NCBI GenBank assembly: GCA_002633005.1
Contig: NMRA01000141.1
Location: 793,609 to 857,608 of the forward strand
Source: Phoronis australis
Taxonomy: Eukaryota > Animalia > Phoronida
Direction: 5' to 3'
Length of the DNA: 64,000 nucleotides
Made by a program: the position numbers and the translations under genes. Shown one piece after another: positions 37,589-50,700 of this stretch (positions are counted from its first letter, which is position 1; every line of letters begins with the position of its first letter). The notes beneath the pieces were generated by a model. That model did no database searches. It was not told the DNA's origin and saw only the letters and a program-made list of their open reading frames with translations.

Positions 37589-40500
37589 AACACTTCTGCT
37601 CATGCAGAACTACAAATGAAGATCTGTCCTTGCTGCTGGAAAGTACAGAGTGATTCTCCCAAAACAGGCCCCAAAATTTTTCCAGTGAGGCAGGAACTTA
37701 AATTGTGCACAATGTCAAATTTATGTGTTGCACTCATGCTGTTGTTGGATGTTTTTCAATTGATAGGGTTTTTTGGCTATGTGCCAGTGGTTTTTCTGGG
37801 GCTTGTTAAATTTATTCCACAAAAGCATGAGCTGGCATGAAATAATTTTTGTGAAGATGGCCTAGTGTTGCTGTAAAGATGGCTTAGTGTAGCTGACAAG
37901 ATTGCCTAACTGCGAGAAAAGTCTTACAAACGGGAATTCAAACACTTTTACTGTAGGTGCTGGAAACATCCTAACAGTATCTAAGCACAACTCAATGCAC
38001 CATTCCAAATTGAAGAACGTGCTGCTCTATGGAATATATCAGTTGAGTGTGAAATCGACCCACTGAAAAAAAACTGATAAGCAGCGTTGAACAATCATTT
38101 TGGAGCCAGTGCAACGGTGTTTGTTCACAACAGAATCGTGCATTGGCTTATGCAAAGTTTTGAATCCCTAACTCAAGTAAAAAAATAATTACAAAAGTTC
38201 GGGGCCTGTTGAGTGTGGATGTTAAATGACTATGGGTGATTTGGTTCTCATGATAGTGAAGACTGGATGCGGGGACACTCTACCAGTTGCATAGTTTCAT
38301 TCATGTGATACTAAGGATCCTGCAGCCTTGCCAACCACCACAATTTTGGCACAGTTTCTACTCTTCTGTTACTTGTATTACATCACTTATCTGAGATAGG
38401 ATACATCCTGACTGTTTATCTTTATACATACTTTTCTACTGATAGGACCCTTGTTTCAAGTTTCTTGTTGATCTTGATATTGGCTTGGTTCTGAGCTGTT
38501 CAGCCTCCCAAAAACATGCACTATCTGTCATTGACACATCGAACTTAACCAGAGTGAAATACACTTAATGTGAAATAGATTTTATACAAATATTTTTTTG
38601 CTCAGAACAGTTGTTGGTTTTTTCTAACTGGCTTCAACCTCAAAGCGACAGACCCCACTGCGTACTTATGTGTACTCTCTTGGTGTAAACTAATCATTGT
38701 GGCTTCTGATTTTTGATGGGAATGTGTAAGAAAATGATAAAATAAACATGATTCTACATGTATGTATTCATTGGAATAAATTGCTTTCGGCACATCAGTG
38801 ACCTACTTTGATTATTGCCACCTGGGGTGGAAAATGGCGGTGCCCCTCATGGTTGCCTACAGAATGAGTGTAGAATCGTCAACCATTTGTGTAACCCTCT
38901 GCCCGTGGGTTTCACCTAGGGCAGACCGCCTGTCGTTTTTGAGCCTTTTGGTGAACTGGGTTATGTTCGTACATATCCGCTCTATTTTTCATATACGGCG
39001 CAGTAACAAGCCAGTGTGGTAAACTGTCTACCGAACTTTACGCGGTGGATTCAATTCTGAGTGTCACAGCGTGAGCTGTAGTCATGACGTTGACAATCTC
39101 AGGGCAGATGGTTGCCAAAACAATCTTGTCTCGATGCATGTTCGTGACATTTTACGACTTAATTGATGGAAGCCCCAGACGTTGATTTGGGAACTTCGTA
39201 AACCTAGCCGTGGATATGAAACCTTTTTTAAATGTCACTTGTCTTCAAATTCAATGACTTTTAAAACTATTTTTCAATTCAATGCCTTTTCAAGGAGAGA
39301 CTCAAAATTAATAATGTCATAAATTGCACTTCTCTGGGGTCTTTGGCGTTTCTTTGTTCTCTGATGCCGATGATGAATTTTATTCATTGCAGTTGTAAAT
39401 AACTGAGCACTGCTAAGACGGACCTCCGCGCAGTAACACTGGTGGTATAGGCACGGGTACCGTTGGGGGGGGGGGGGGNNNNNNNNNNNNNNNNNNNNNN
39501 NNNNNNNNNNNNNNNNNNNNNNNNNNNNNNNNNNNNNNNNNNNNNNNNNNNNNNNNNNNNNNNNNNNNNNNNNNNTTTTTTTTACAAAAGCAATGACAAA
39601 AATTCTATTGTCAACTGCCAGATAGATCATGAACAAGACAAGGTATGGGTTTTTATGTAACACGTCTTTCGATTTACTGCACTGAAAGAGGTAAGTTTAA
39701 TGAAAAAAAAAATCGCCCGCCGCACTGTTTAGCCGAATAACCCCGCCATCCAACCGTTTGACTGCAATCGCGTTTTTCTGTGCTTCTTGTTTTCGGCATG
39801 CATACCCCTGCCGTTTTGCTTATTTATTTACCATTACAATTAAATTTCATTTAGACGTATTCTAAACCAACACAATTGTCGCCTGCCAGAAAATTTCATT
39901 TGTTATTTTCTAGTTTTTCATTGACTTATAATTAGGAGATTGTCGCCACCGCTGTTTTTATAATGCCGAAGAATTTGCAGAAAACGAAAACGAAGAAAAA
40001 TATTTTTGTATCTGTACTTAACATAGGCCTATAATACAACTGTTTGGAATATATAATGACATTTTATATTCGCGAAAAATGCAAATGATAGGTTAAAAGC
40101 GTCAGTTTTTGGCAAAAATACAGTCATTTTCTCACAGTATTAAATAGTTATTGAAAAGTATGTGAAATTTCGTTGATTGAAATTCGTAGAAGCTATACAT
40201 AACACAAAATGAATATTCTGCTGCTGTATTCTCGAGTTAACAAACAGCATCATTATCGGAAGGTTGCCAGTGAGATAAGTATACCACGCATAGCTCATTG
40301 GGTGAAATATCTAAATATCTAGTGTTCTGCGATTGTTAGGCTGCGTCTTCACTCGGTGCAGAAGATATGCCTGTGTTAGGATTAGGGTTAGGATTGCCAA
40401 TGCGAGGCAGGGTATGAGCGCACCTAGGCCTGACGTGGCACGTAGCCCTACTTAGTTAAATGGGGATAGTTCATAAATCTCCACTAATGCCTTCAATTGA

Positions 40501-41250
40501 CTCTAATATGCAGAATAGTAGGTTAGCAGGCGTGATTTAAACTCGCAGAATAGCAAACATTCATTACAACTAAAGTGGAGTCAATGAAAAATTAGTTTCT
40601 TCCACTCTCACTCTCGAGGCCGACAGTGAAATATGTAACAGACTCGGATTTTTATATGGTAATAAAAAATTATGTATAAATATTTTATTTGCATTCGGAT
40701 ATTTTTTCCAGTTGTAAAGACGAATTACTTGTGGAAGAGAAATTAGTGCGGCGCCCGAACCTATGATAAAAATTTGAACAACTTAGGCTAATAGCTAGCT
40801 CTTGAGCGGCGATGAGGACCTGGTCTCGACTATACAGGTAAACAAGTGTTATGTTCCTGGGTCATCTATTACCGCCGTCAGATGTAGTACGTGCTACTGC
40901 ATGGGGTCCCTTCCTGGTTCAGCACTCATATTATTTAAGGGTGCCGGGGGTGTTAGTGTCAGAGCTTGCATATGGCCCGTCTCACCGGAAGTGTTGACTC
41001 GCTCGAATGCGATCGATATTTTCCTTTTAAAAAATCTCAACTCATTTAATCATCGTCTAATTCACTAAAGTACCCCCTGAGGATTTTGTGTAGAGACTAC
41101 ATTTTTTCGCCTTAATCTAGTTATCACGTGGTATCTTGGAAACGTTTGACCCAAATATAGTCGCCCGTTTTAGCTCAAAAGCGACTAGTGCCACTGTGGT
41201 ATCTTTGTGTTGATGTCGAGTTCACAAGTGTAATCCGCAGCAGCATAAAA

Positions 41251-44200
41251 ATGCACTTCACAGCGACGCTTTTTGAAATTGTGTTTTCATCTCTAGTTGT
41301 TTCCACAGGTAAGAGTGGCATTTGTTGCTCACTGGTATTTTGGACAGGGCGAGCACGAATCCGCGGATCGTGAGAATCAAATTTTGGCGATGGATATATG
41401 GTCTCGATGACCAAACACTGAAAAAACATAGACGGCAGACTGACTAGTGTACAAGAGGTCTAGATAAAAATCGCGTCGACTGTAAAAATCCTACGTGACG
41501 CGGCTTTAAAACGTGGTCGCTTCATCTGAGGTTGTAAGTGAGATTTTTTGTGAAGCCTGAGACCATGTGGCTGCTAACACTACTTTGTCTTCTAAATTCT
41601 TGTTTCACGGTTTTGTTGTCGCGGATTTGACTTAGACTGGTCTAATAACGCAGTCTTGTCGTTCATCTCACTTAATGTTTTTTGTAATCTGAGTACCATA
41701 GAAAGTAGGCTCGGTAAAGGTGCTAAGTATTTCGCCCTGCTAAGCTGGTTAAAAACGATAATTGAATTAGGCCTTTTTCTCTCATGCCACCGTTCTCATA
41801 ATACTCTTTACCGTGATAGGATTGTTTCTCCGGTGTGGACAAGGTCGCCGAAATCATTACCGACTTGAGAAGACGCTTCTCTTCAGGGTATGATATTGGG
41901 GTTATTAGCCAACTTCAAAAATTGTGAATTCGAAAATGGCGCATGTACTCGATGCCTGTGACTTGGGTTGGAAACGGAAATGGAGTTCTATCGCGATAAG
42001 GAATTGACGAGACCGATTTTGCGAGAGCGTAATTCGATTTTGGTCAGTTAAAATGTGCGAAATGCAGTTTTAGTTGTTCAAAATCTTTGGCAGGAATGGA
42101 TCTAAGGGGTGAACATTATTATATTACGCGTGCAAATGAATTATTATTCAAAGGGTAAATTAATTTTAACGACGTAGAGTAATTCTTTGTGGCGTAAATT
42201 GACTCTAAATGGCGTAAATTAATTATTTACGTGTGCAAATTACGCACGTAATTAAATTATTTTATGAGAAAATCAGCCGATCATGGTCCGCAAACCAAAT
42301 GAGCTGTTCCTTAGAATTCTTTAATTGTATTTCGTTATAAGCCAGGAATAGAGTTTTGGTCATTTCTAGTGTTTCATTTCATTCAGTCCGTAGTGAACCA
42401 AAGTTCAGGTTCAGATTTTTGAAATCTCGACACCAGTTTGTGAAACGACCGGGAACTCCTAACTACTAAAAATGTTAACGCAGACTTGGGTTTTCAAAAA
42501 AATGTCGTCTTGGTCTTCTGGTGTTGTATTTTGGGATAGCTGGTTTTTCTTGTAAACCTTTTTGTAGACTTCAGCATTTCAAAATTCCATGGGGGTTAAT
42601 TATCTGGCACCAAGGAGCAGGAATTGGTTAGCGGATTTGCTGTGTTCCGCAGCAACTGAAACAGTGTCTAAGTTAATAGCGGGAACTTTTTAACAAGTGC
42701 GCGCCGGTTTAACGCTGAAACCTCAGTGCTCTCCGCAAAATAGTAAGACCCGGCACCGTTAGTATGATAATTTCTACTCGGAAAGACTTGTTCTGGCAGG
42801 AGGGAATGTTTGAAATCAATCACGGAAAACTAAAGATAACGAAGCCACAATAACGTAATTAATTTACACGGTTAAGAATCAATTTACCCCGTTAATTTAA
42901 CGCGCGTAACTTTCCAGCCCACATAGCCAACTATCACTTTCCCACAGACCAGGCATGTACTTCTTTGTTTTATAAATAGTGAGTGACCACTTGACTGTTG
43001 TTTAAACATTTGTTGCAGAAGAGTTGTGTAATCAGTGTGCGATTTGCCCTTTTGACCTGACCTTGTAACATGTTTTTGGCGTTTCTCATTGTTTTAGTCA
43101 AACACAAACGGTAAGCTAACGCGTTGTCTTGTGAGTTTTAGTAAGTTTGACTTAGACTTGTTCTAAGCGTTCTGAGCTAAACTCATTTTACATTCGTGCA
43201 CCCAGCCTAAAATATAGGGCTGGGGGGGGGGGGGCTTTTTACTGAAAAAACGGGTGTATTTCATTCACACCTATGAATTGTGCATTCGCGCCGAATTCCG
43301 GTGGACTTTTTTCTCGTTTTCTCGAACTTTTTGTTTTTCTGAGGCAGACCTTTTTGCCCACATCGCCAAATGGGGAGGTTCGTTCGCGCACTCCTGGGTT
43401 CGCTCCCCCCTGGGTTCGCTCATGTTTTAGGTTTAATTTGGCATACCCTTGGTGGGGAACAAAGTCATCTACACCTTTTAACACCGATGTAGATAAAAAG
43501 CTCTTTTTTAATATATATGTTTTCACATTATTTATTATCAATGATAAACAAGTGCAAACAAAGAAGTTCATCCAGTCATTCACGCATGTACACCTCAGGA
43601 AAGACCATACTCGTATCTCGTATAAAGTAAACAACCGTTACATGGAGTTAACGCCAACAATAAAATTTTCCCATTTCCCAGAGAAGCTGTCATAAACAAA
43701 ATTTTTATAGGCAATTTATTTTTCATCATTATAGTACTCATAAGTATATGTAACAAACTTGTGAATATTAGGTATATTTTTGTGACATGTCTCCTTGTAA
43801 ATATACTGTTTGGCTATCAAAAGCAAAATGTTAAATAGAAAATCAAGTGTCTCATAAAGTCCAAGAATTACACATTTGTGAGAGAGACAGTTGGGAAGCT
43901 GAATGAGACTCTTTTGAAGTAGTTTTCCGAAGTCCTTCCAAAAATCTTGGCGCAGTACTGTAGACTGAATATGAACAAGAACGTGAGGCTGAGACCAAAG
44001 TTAATTTATTGCATAATTGTATGTATCTGAAGCCTGGTCTGTAGTTGCAAAGATATTTTATTCACAAGTTGACGTAATTGCTATAACGCAGCAGTTGCAC
44101 TACTTGTTCATCCAATAGGACGTCAAGGGGATTTATCTTGAGGAGCACCATTATTACTGACTTGAAACTGTGACTATGAGTTGAAGAAAGCGTTGTTACG

Positions 44201-46546
44201 AGCATCACCGAAGGCGTAATCGAGAACTAAGGCAAATTGTTATCCCATGACGCAGCAATGCCGCGGGGCACCAAATATCCTATCCAAAAGGATTACGTTG
44301 CTCATTATAGGTTATCGGAGAGTTTCGCATTATTCTAAAGCTTTTTTGAAACAGTCCCAGTATATCGTAATTGTCTTTAAAGTGTACTCGCATTTCGTAT
44401 TGCAAAGAAAGTTGATGTAGCACATTGTTTATCTTGTCTGTTCTATCCAATCTCCAACCTACTGTAATTATGACCCGTTGGTATGTTCAGCTGAAACCCA
44501 TCACCATGATCCAGGCACTTGCTATTGTACTAAAGCATTAGTATTGCTATTTCAAAAGACTATATGACACGCATTGTACTTGGAAGTAAAATGGAAGTCT
44601 GGGCCTCCTTGGAGTGGAACTTTTGAATTTTATTTTAAAATTCCCACGGGTCAATAAAATACCGAGTGCTTGCTCTATGTGCAAGTGTACTTGTGGTGTG
44701 TAAGTACGGGCGGGCAGTCTGTGTTATTGCATGTACTTGTATGTATGTTTTGCTTTGTTTGAGTTTGTGAATGGACAAGTGCGCATTGAGTATTCCATTT
44801 ATTAGATATTCTGACCACCAGAGGAGTTTTGTTTCTCGCTAACATGTCAGACTCGAGTACAATCCTGAACTGCCAGGTTTTGTGGGTCACCTAGAGAAGC
44901 GTGAGAGGTGTTTCTAAAAGGAAAGAAATATTCCATCTACTGCCTTCAAGACATCCACCTGAGAATAATGAATGCAATTTTAATTCCTGGAATGTTGCGG
45001 TTTTACTATTTAAGCAAATATTTCTGAATTTTAAATTCTTAAATTTAGTTCCGATGACAACGGTTGTACTATTAATGGGATGATTAATTGTATACGGATT
45101 CCCTTGACAATCTAGATTTTTTCGAAAGATTTCTTAAGTTTACCTGAAAATTTGTAATCGTTATGGAAACAATAAATCATAGCAATTTAGGGTAAATAAA
45201 CTGTGTGAGATGTGTGAGTGAGCGTGTGAACGAAAATCTTGGCTTTGGTTTCGAAAATACAAAAACTGAATTAAAATTGAGCTATGAATTTCACAAATTT
45301 AAACATTGCTCACAGCTCCAAATGCACACGAGATGGCATAATCCCAAAAAATCACTCCAAAGTGTCACTACTGAGTAAGCACTGACGTCATCATTGATAT
45401 TATGCAAGTTACATTAGAGAAGTGGATACGATGCATGTCGTACTGGCACACGCCAAATCGACTGTTCTTTTGTTCCAGCGATGGGAATACAATGCTTTCA
45501 ATGTGCCACTTCGTTAGACAACACCGACTGCCAGGACCCACTGAACGCCACCCTTGTTGACAACATAGATCAAGCTATGTGCGCGTCACCGACCTCCATG
45601 TGCTCCAAGTTCGCCGTGACTGTTGGCGCACCCAAAAACGACGAGGACGCGGAAAGTGAAGAGGAGGACGAAGGTATTGCTGCAAGTAACCAAGGCAACG
45701 CTCGCCGAGATCTCGGAATGAGCTTACTTTTAACACATGAATTTTAAGTGTTGTAAATTATGTTTTAGTATTTTTATTTTTTAAAAGAATTTCTGACAGA
45801 GCAACACCACGGTGTTCTTATACGTTGCATGAACCGAAATTGTCTACCATGAAATGGACTGGAATTCTAAAAACGGTCGTGCGGCAGTTACAAGCAACTC
45901 CATGAGCAAGGCATGAAGCAAATGCGAAATATCGGTCCTTCTAAAAGCCCAGAAAACATTTTTTCTAATCTCATTTACGGTAAAGACTAGGCCGGTTTTA
46001 TTGTGTAAAAGTTATTCGACAGAAGGCGTCCGTTTATTGCCCATTGGTTGTGCCCGGGGTAATGGGGGGCATAGAACGAACGCCACGCGGAATGTTCCAG
46101 TTTAGGAACAATTACGGCTCACACAAGCTGAGACAATGTAAACCCAATCGAATTTAACTAAAAGATCGATCTAATTAGTTAAAACATGTTTGCGATTTGA
46201 AATAAAATCAAAACCAAGCAAAAACTTTGGTCTAAACCAACAACTTTAAGAAGGTTTTACCATCCAAAACTGATCCCCCAAAATGCGTTTTCGGTCGTCT
46301 TGTGAATTCACCGTTTGTGTATCTACTTTTGTTTCAGAAACCATGCCGGTTTACAGTTCCGTGGCGCGATTTTGTGGTGGCATTACTGGAATAGAAGCCG
46401 GCGAGTGCAAACAGTTGGTCTATAACGGCATAAGTGGCCTGGCATGCACCTGCGAGGGTGACCTATGTAATGCTGCCCAAGACATCAAAGGAATCCTATT
46501 TGTAGTCGCAACGACAATCGTCAGCGTACTAACACCAGTGCTGTAA
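41251..46546 (+). CDS. Ly6/uPAR three-finger (Sleepless/quiver-like) GPI-anchored protein, ~153 aa
   Basis: Exons 41251-41308 (signal peptide MHFTATLFEIVFSSLVVST, phase 1; less certain), 45479-45673, 46338-46546. Ten-Cys LU pattern IQCFQC...DC...MC...MCSK...RFC...EC...ACTCEGDLCN followed by the hydrophobic tail GILFVVATTIVSVLTPVL. Confidence 0.85.
43191..43424. mobile_element. hAT-like MITE with 5-bp TSD (TTTTA)
   Basis: Termini CATTCGTGCACCCAG ... CTGGGTTCGCTCATG, flanked by TTTTA on both sides; G-run near the left end. Confidence 0.6.
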
Positions 46547-47730
46547 ACATACACTCAACAGGACTTTACATGTGTAAACACAGCTCGCATTACGAATTTG
46601 TATTGCCCATTTGAGTCAACGGCAAGTCCTCTGAACAATCTTTCAAACGTGACCAAGACCAGAATTGGCAACTAAGACGACTTCTTGTTGCTGGTTATTT
46701 TCTTGACTAACATTTGAAATCCAAATCAAAAGTCAACAATCGACAACAAATTGTCTAATGGTTCATTGAAGGTACATGCCGTAACCAATTACAGAAGTAG
46801 CATTATACCCTTTGGAGTGGTGGAAGTGAAGGGTGAATGGGAAAATTCAAGTTGCAAAGTCAAGAATACTAGTACACAGTGCTTGTTTTTGCGTTTTTTG
46901 TTGTTAACACGTATTTGATATGTCAAGTGGACATTACACTGTGCTTGCTAACCAATAGCCATTTTCTGACACCACCCCGACATGAGATATGTCTTGTCAC
47001 TAGATGGCGATACGGTAGTTGATGGACAGGGTTGTCTTTTTGAACAAGGATGAAATGCAGTGCAATCTCTAAGTGAATTTTTTTTCATCACCATGACATC
47101 AAATTACCACTCTTGTGCAGTGTCATGTTCATATAGTTGGTCTAAAATGTGCAAGTGTTGAAATGTTGGTAAATGAAAGAAACTGCCTTTTATTCCTGTC
47201 AACTCTGCCGGTCTTGCACACCAGAATTAGAAATTGGTTTAAGTCACAGTGAGTTTCCTGTTATCACAATCCACAATGCTAAAAAATTGCACCTTGAATG
47301 TTTGTAGTAACAAAATATCTTTTTTCCACAGTAGTCAAAGAACTGACACAGAGTTTAGTGAGCTGCAGGCCCATGTCACTGCAAATTTCTCAGATTATAA
47401 CCTTGATATGTAGTTAGGCATTATATCTTTAGTCAGAGATAACCAATAAACGATTAATTTACCAATTTATTTTAACTCCTACCTGGTATAAATATTCCAA
47501 TCACTAAACAATGCACACATCACAACAACACACACAAGTGTTAACAAATCTTCCAAGCATGTCACTGGCTTCTTGTTTTTCAGGAGATGACTTTTCCTAA
47601 GTTCACTATTCGTGGTGCATGATGTCTGCCGTGACACCATCTTGAATAATTCGTTTAGCAAAGGTAGTGTCCATGCTTATCTCGGTCAAATCCTCACAAT
47701 GTTCATACGGCTAACTACTGGTGATTGATA

Positions 47731-50700
47731 CTACTGGGTTGGCGTTAGTCCTACTTCTTTAGCTAATGCGTTCAATTCCGCTGTAAAATAAAACCATGTA
47801 GTATGTATCAGTCATGGACAGGTTGACCTTAAGGAATAAATTGGTAATAAACAAGATTGAAAATCTGCCACACTATAAATGTTGGGCATTAACACTGATG
47901 GACACTCCTTCCACCATTGTCATGACATGCTTTCAGCTCACTCCAAATCAGCTTTGTAGCAGCCCAAGGAAATTATGACACTGATAGCTAGGACACACGT
48001 TTTTATGAAGTGTGACTTCGACAATTTGATATTAAAGTGCCTTCCATCAGAATAGCGAAAGATAGATAAAACAAGTAATGAAATAACAGACCAATGAATT
48101 GAAAAGCAGTCATGAATAGACAGTTAAGTAGGTATAAAATTTTAGTGGTACAACCCTCAAAAGTCACCAAGGAAAGACCCAAGGCAGTTAATGCAAAGAA
48201 CACAGACTGCCACTGCAAATTAAATGGAAAGACTAGGGTTCCAAGAAACTGACCTAAGTTCATTTTTGAATTAATTCTGATTCATTTCGACTTTCAAACT
48301 TTGAAACTTGCACACAGGGAAGAAATGAAGACAACAACTTAGTTAAAAACTCAAGTTAAACTTAACATTAAAAATCTCTTCCTCGAAACGGACTTGAGAC
48401 AAATTTAAGTTTTATATTAAAAAATTGACTAAAATTTAAGATTTGTCTTTAGCCAAGTCAGTTTTCCTGGAACGTACCCCTGAGACAGAAAATACAGTGA
48501 ACACAAACCTCCGTATCAAAATAACTTGCTGGTTTGAAAAGCTTATGATAAACAAAGTGTTTTGATGGAAATGCTCAGTATCTCTCACGACTTCTCTGTA
48601 TCTCTAAACACTGGAGTAGACACACCCGATATACACTAAATTCCACAGCTAGACATCAAGCCATCACTGACAGTGCCCTCAATCACCCGAGGGGAAAGGT
48701 GCCTGTGCCTACTGAGAGGGGAAATATCAGAGTGGGGGTGGGGGGATTCTACCCCCCCAATCACCGTCCATAGCATCCCCACCCCTGTTGCAAACCTCCA
48801 TAGGCTCTGCCTCAAGTAGCCAAGACTAACTTTTTGTGCTCATTCAAATTGTCACCTGTGGGAGTTGCAAGTGACTTGAACCTCGAAGGAAATTTTTCAA
48901 TCGATTGAGGAAAATTTTTGAGCCTCATGAGGGGAATTTTGTGCAAATTTTTCAACATTTTCAGACGGGAACGGGGCCGATGTTTGGCCCCGAAATCGAA
49001 AGATTGAGGCCCCTGACTGAAAACCTCCACATTGCCAATTAACCCACCTGTTTCAGCATTCTTCCTCTCCATAGCTAGCCTGGCAGCACGCTCTTCTTTC
49101 TTCCTTTGTATCTCAACCTGAAGCACCTCTTCCTTGGCTGACAAGCTCTCTGAAGACAGCAAAAGACAATTTTTTTACAGTGGATCTGCGCACTGGCACA
49201 GCAGTCAAAATACCTGTGCTACATAGCATGACCATACTGGGAAGACAAGCGTGGTTGTAGCAAGACGTCAAAAGCCTAATTGTGTATACACCTACTTTGT
49301 ACTAAATAACTTGATATGAATATTTACAATCAGGCACACCAGGAAATCAGTATATTCAAGACGTGGTTGCCCAGACCCTTAAAGAACTTAAAACATATAA
49401 CATATAAATAATTACACAAAATTCTACAACAGATGGTGCCCAGCATCCAGAACTCCTCTTGGATGTAAATGTGTCAGTGATCACAACCACATATTTAGTG
49501 GCACTTGCGACAGGTTCAAATGGTCAGAGTCGAAAAGTTGCTAACCAGAATGAATAACCAACTTAACCTTTAGCTAACAATACTGAAACTGAATAAATGG
49601 CAAGAGGACGACAAGGCAAACATGAGCCACCATGCGCTTCTGGGACTTTAGCTAGCGTTTGCATACTTTTAACACATTTGGTTTTCAGTTGCAGAGTACA
49701 CTGAGTGGGTTGTTCCTTTGAAGCACCCAGGAGAATTTATTCCAAAGTATTTTTAAAAAGGACATCTCTATCAGTGATCAGTACGAATGCACTCTTACAA
49801 CTTGCCAAATAATCATCAACCTGTAATATCACACAAGTTATACTGAAAACATTAACACTTGACTTTGTTTAACAAGTCACCATTGATGTCACAATAAATA
49901 GCCATCAGCAAATGACAACCTTGCTGGTTGATAATAGATTCTGATTTATTGTTGAGATGTTGTTGTCCACTACACACTCTTTACATTTATTAACCCCGAG
50001 TACAGTGATAATTGGGCAGAGTTAAAATTGCTGCCAAGATATCAAATCCTTCAAAACCTACTCACTAGCGGTGCTGATGGTCGTTTTTCAAATGCGTTGT
50101 TGTCGGCTCGTAAACATCCGCTGATATCAAACTGGGTTGCATTTCATAGGTCCGCAAGAATTAGTAAGTAAAGCAAGTGTGATCATACCCTTCCCTTCAA
50201 AAATGCATGGCGACATCTTGTGAAGTCATGCATAGTCTTGTGAAGTCATGCATAGTCTTGTGAAGTCATGCATAGTCTTGTGTTGTTACAACTTAATCTA
50301 CAGGAAGCAGACCTGGCATCAGAGGTGGTGAGATTTAACTTCAACTTGATTGGATGGTGCATGGCTCGAGAATAGTTCGGACATTTGCTTAACGTCTATG
50401 TATTCATACAATGCATATATAGCTCCCTTCAATTTTTGTATTGTTTCCTACTCGTAGCAAAGCGCATGTTGCACTTGACTCAAACTTACAATTATGGAGA
50501 GCTCACGTGACAAGTGCACTTTTTTCGCCATATTTTGCTCCAAGTCACCAAGTTTTCCATGATGCCACCGGATGTTTACAACTGTCCCATTACGCACTTG
50601 AAAAACAACAGCAGTGTTGTAAATGAAATCCCCCAAATTCTAGCCTCAGATGCATTGAATGAACTTAACCCAGCTCACAATGTAATCGGGTAAATGTGAA

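Noticed and set aside
40376-40395. Interstitial telomeric repeat
   Set aside because: Only one exact TTAGGG among about 3 degenerate units; too short to support.
43070-43110. Alternative signal-peptide exon for the Ly6 gene (MFLAFLIVLVKHK)
   Set aside because: Its donor is phase 2, incompatible with the phase-1 acceptor at 45479; the compatible frame contains a stop.
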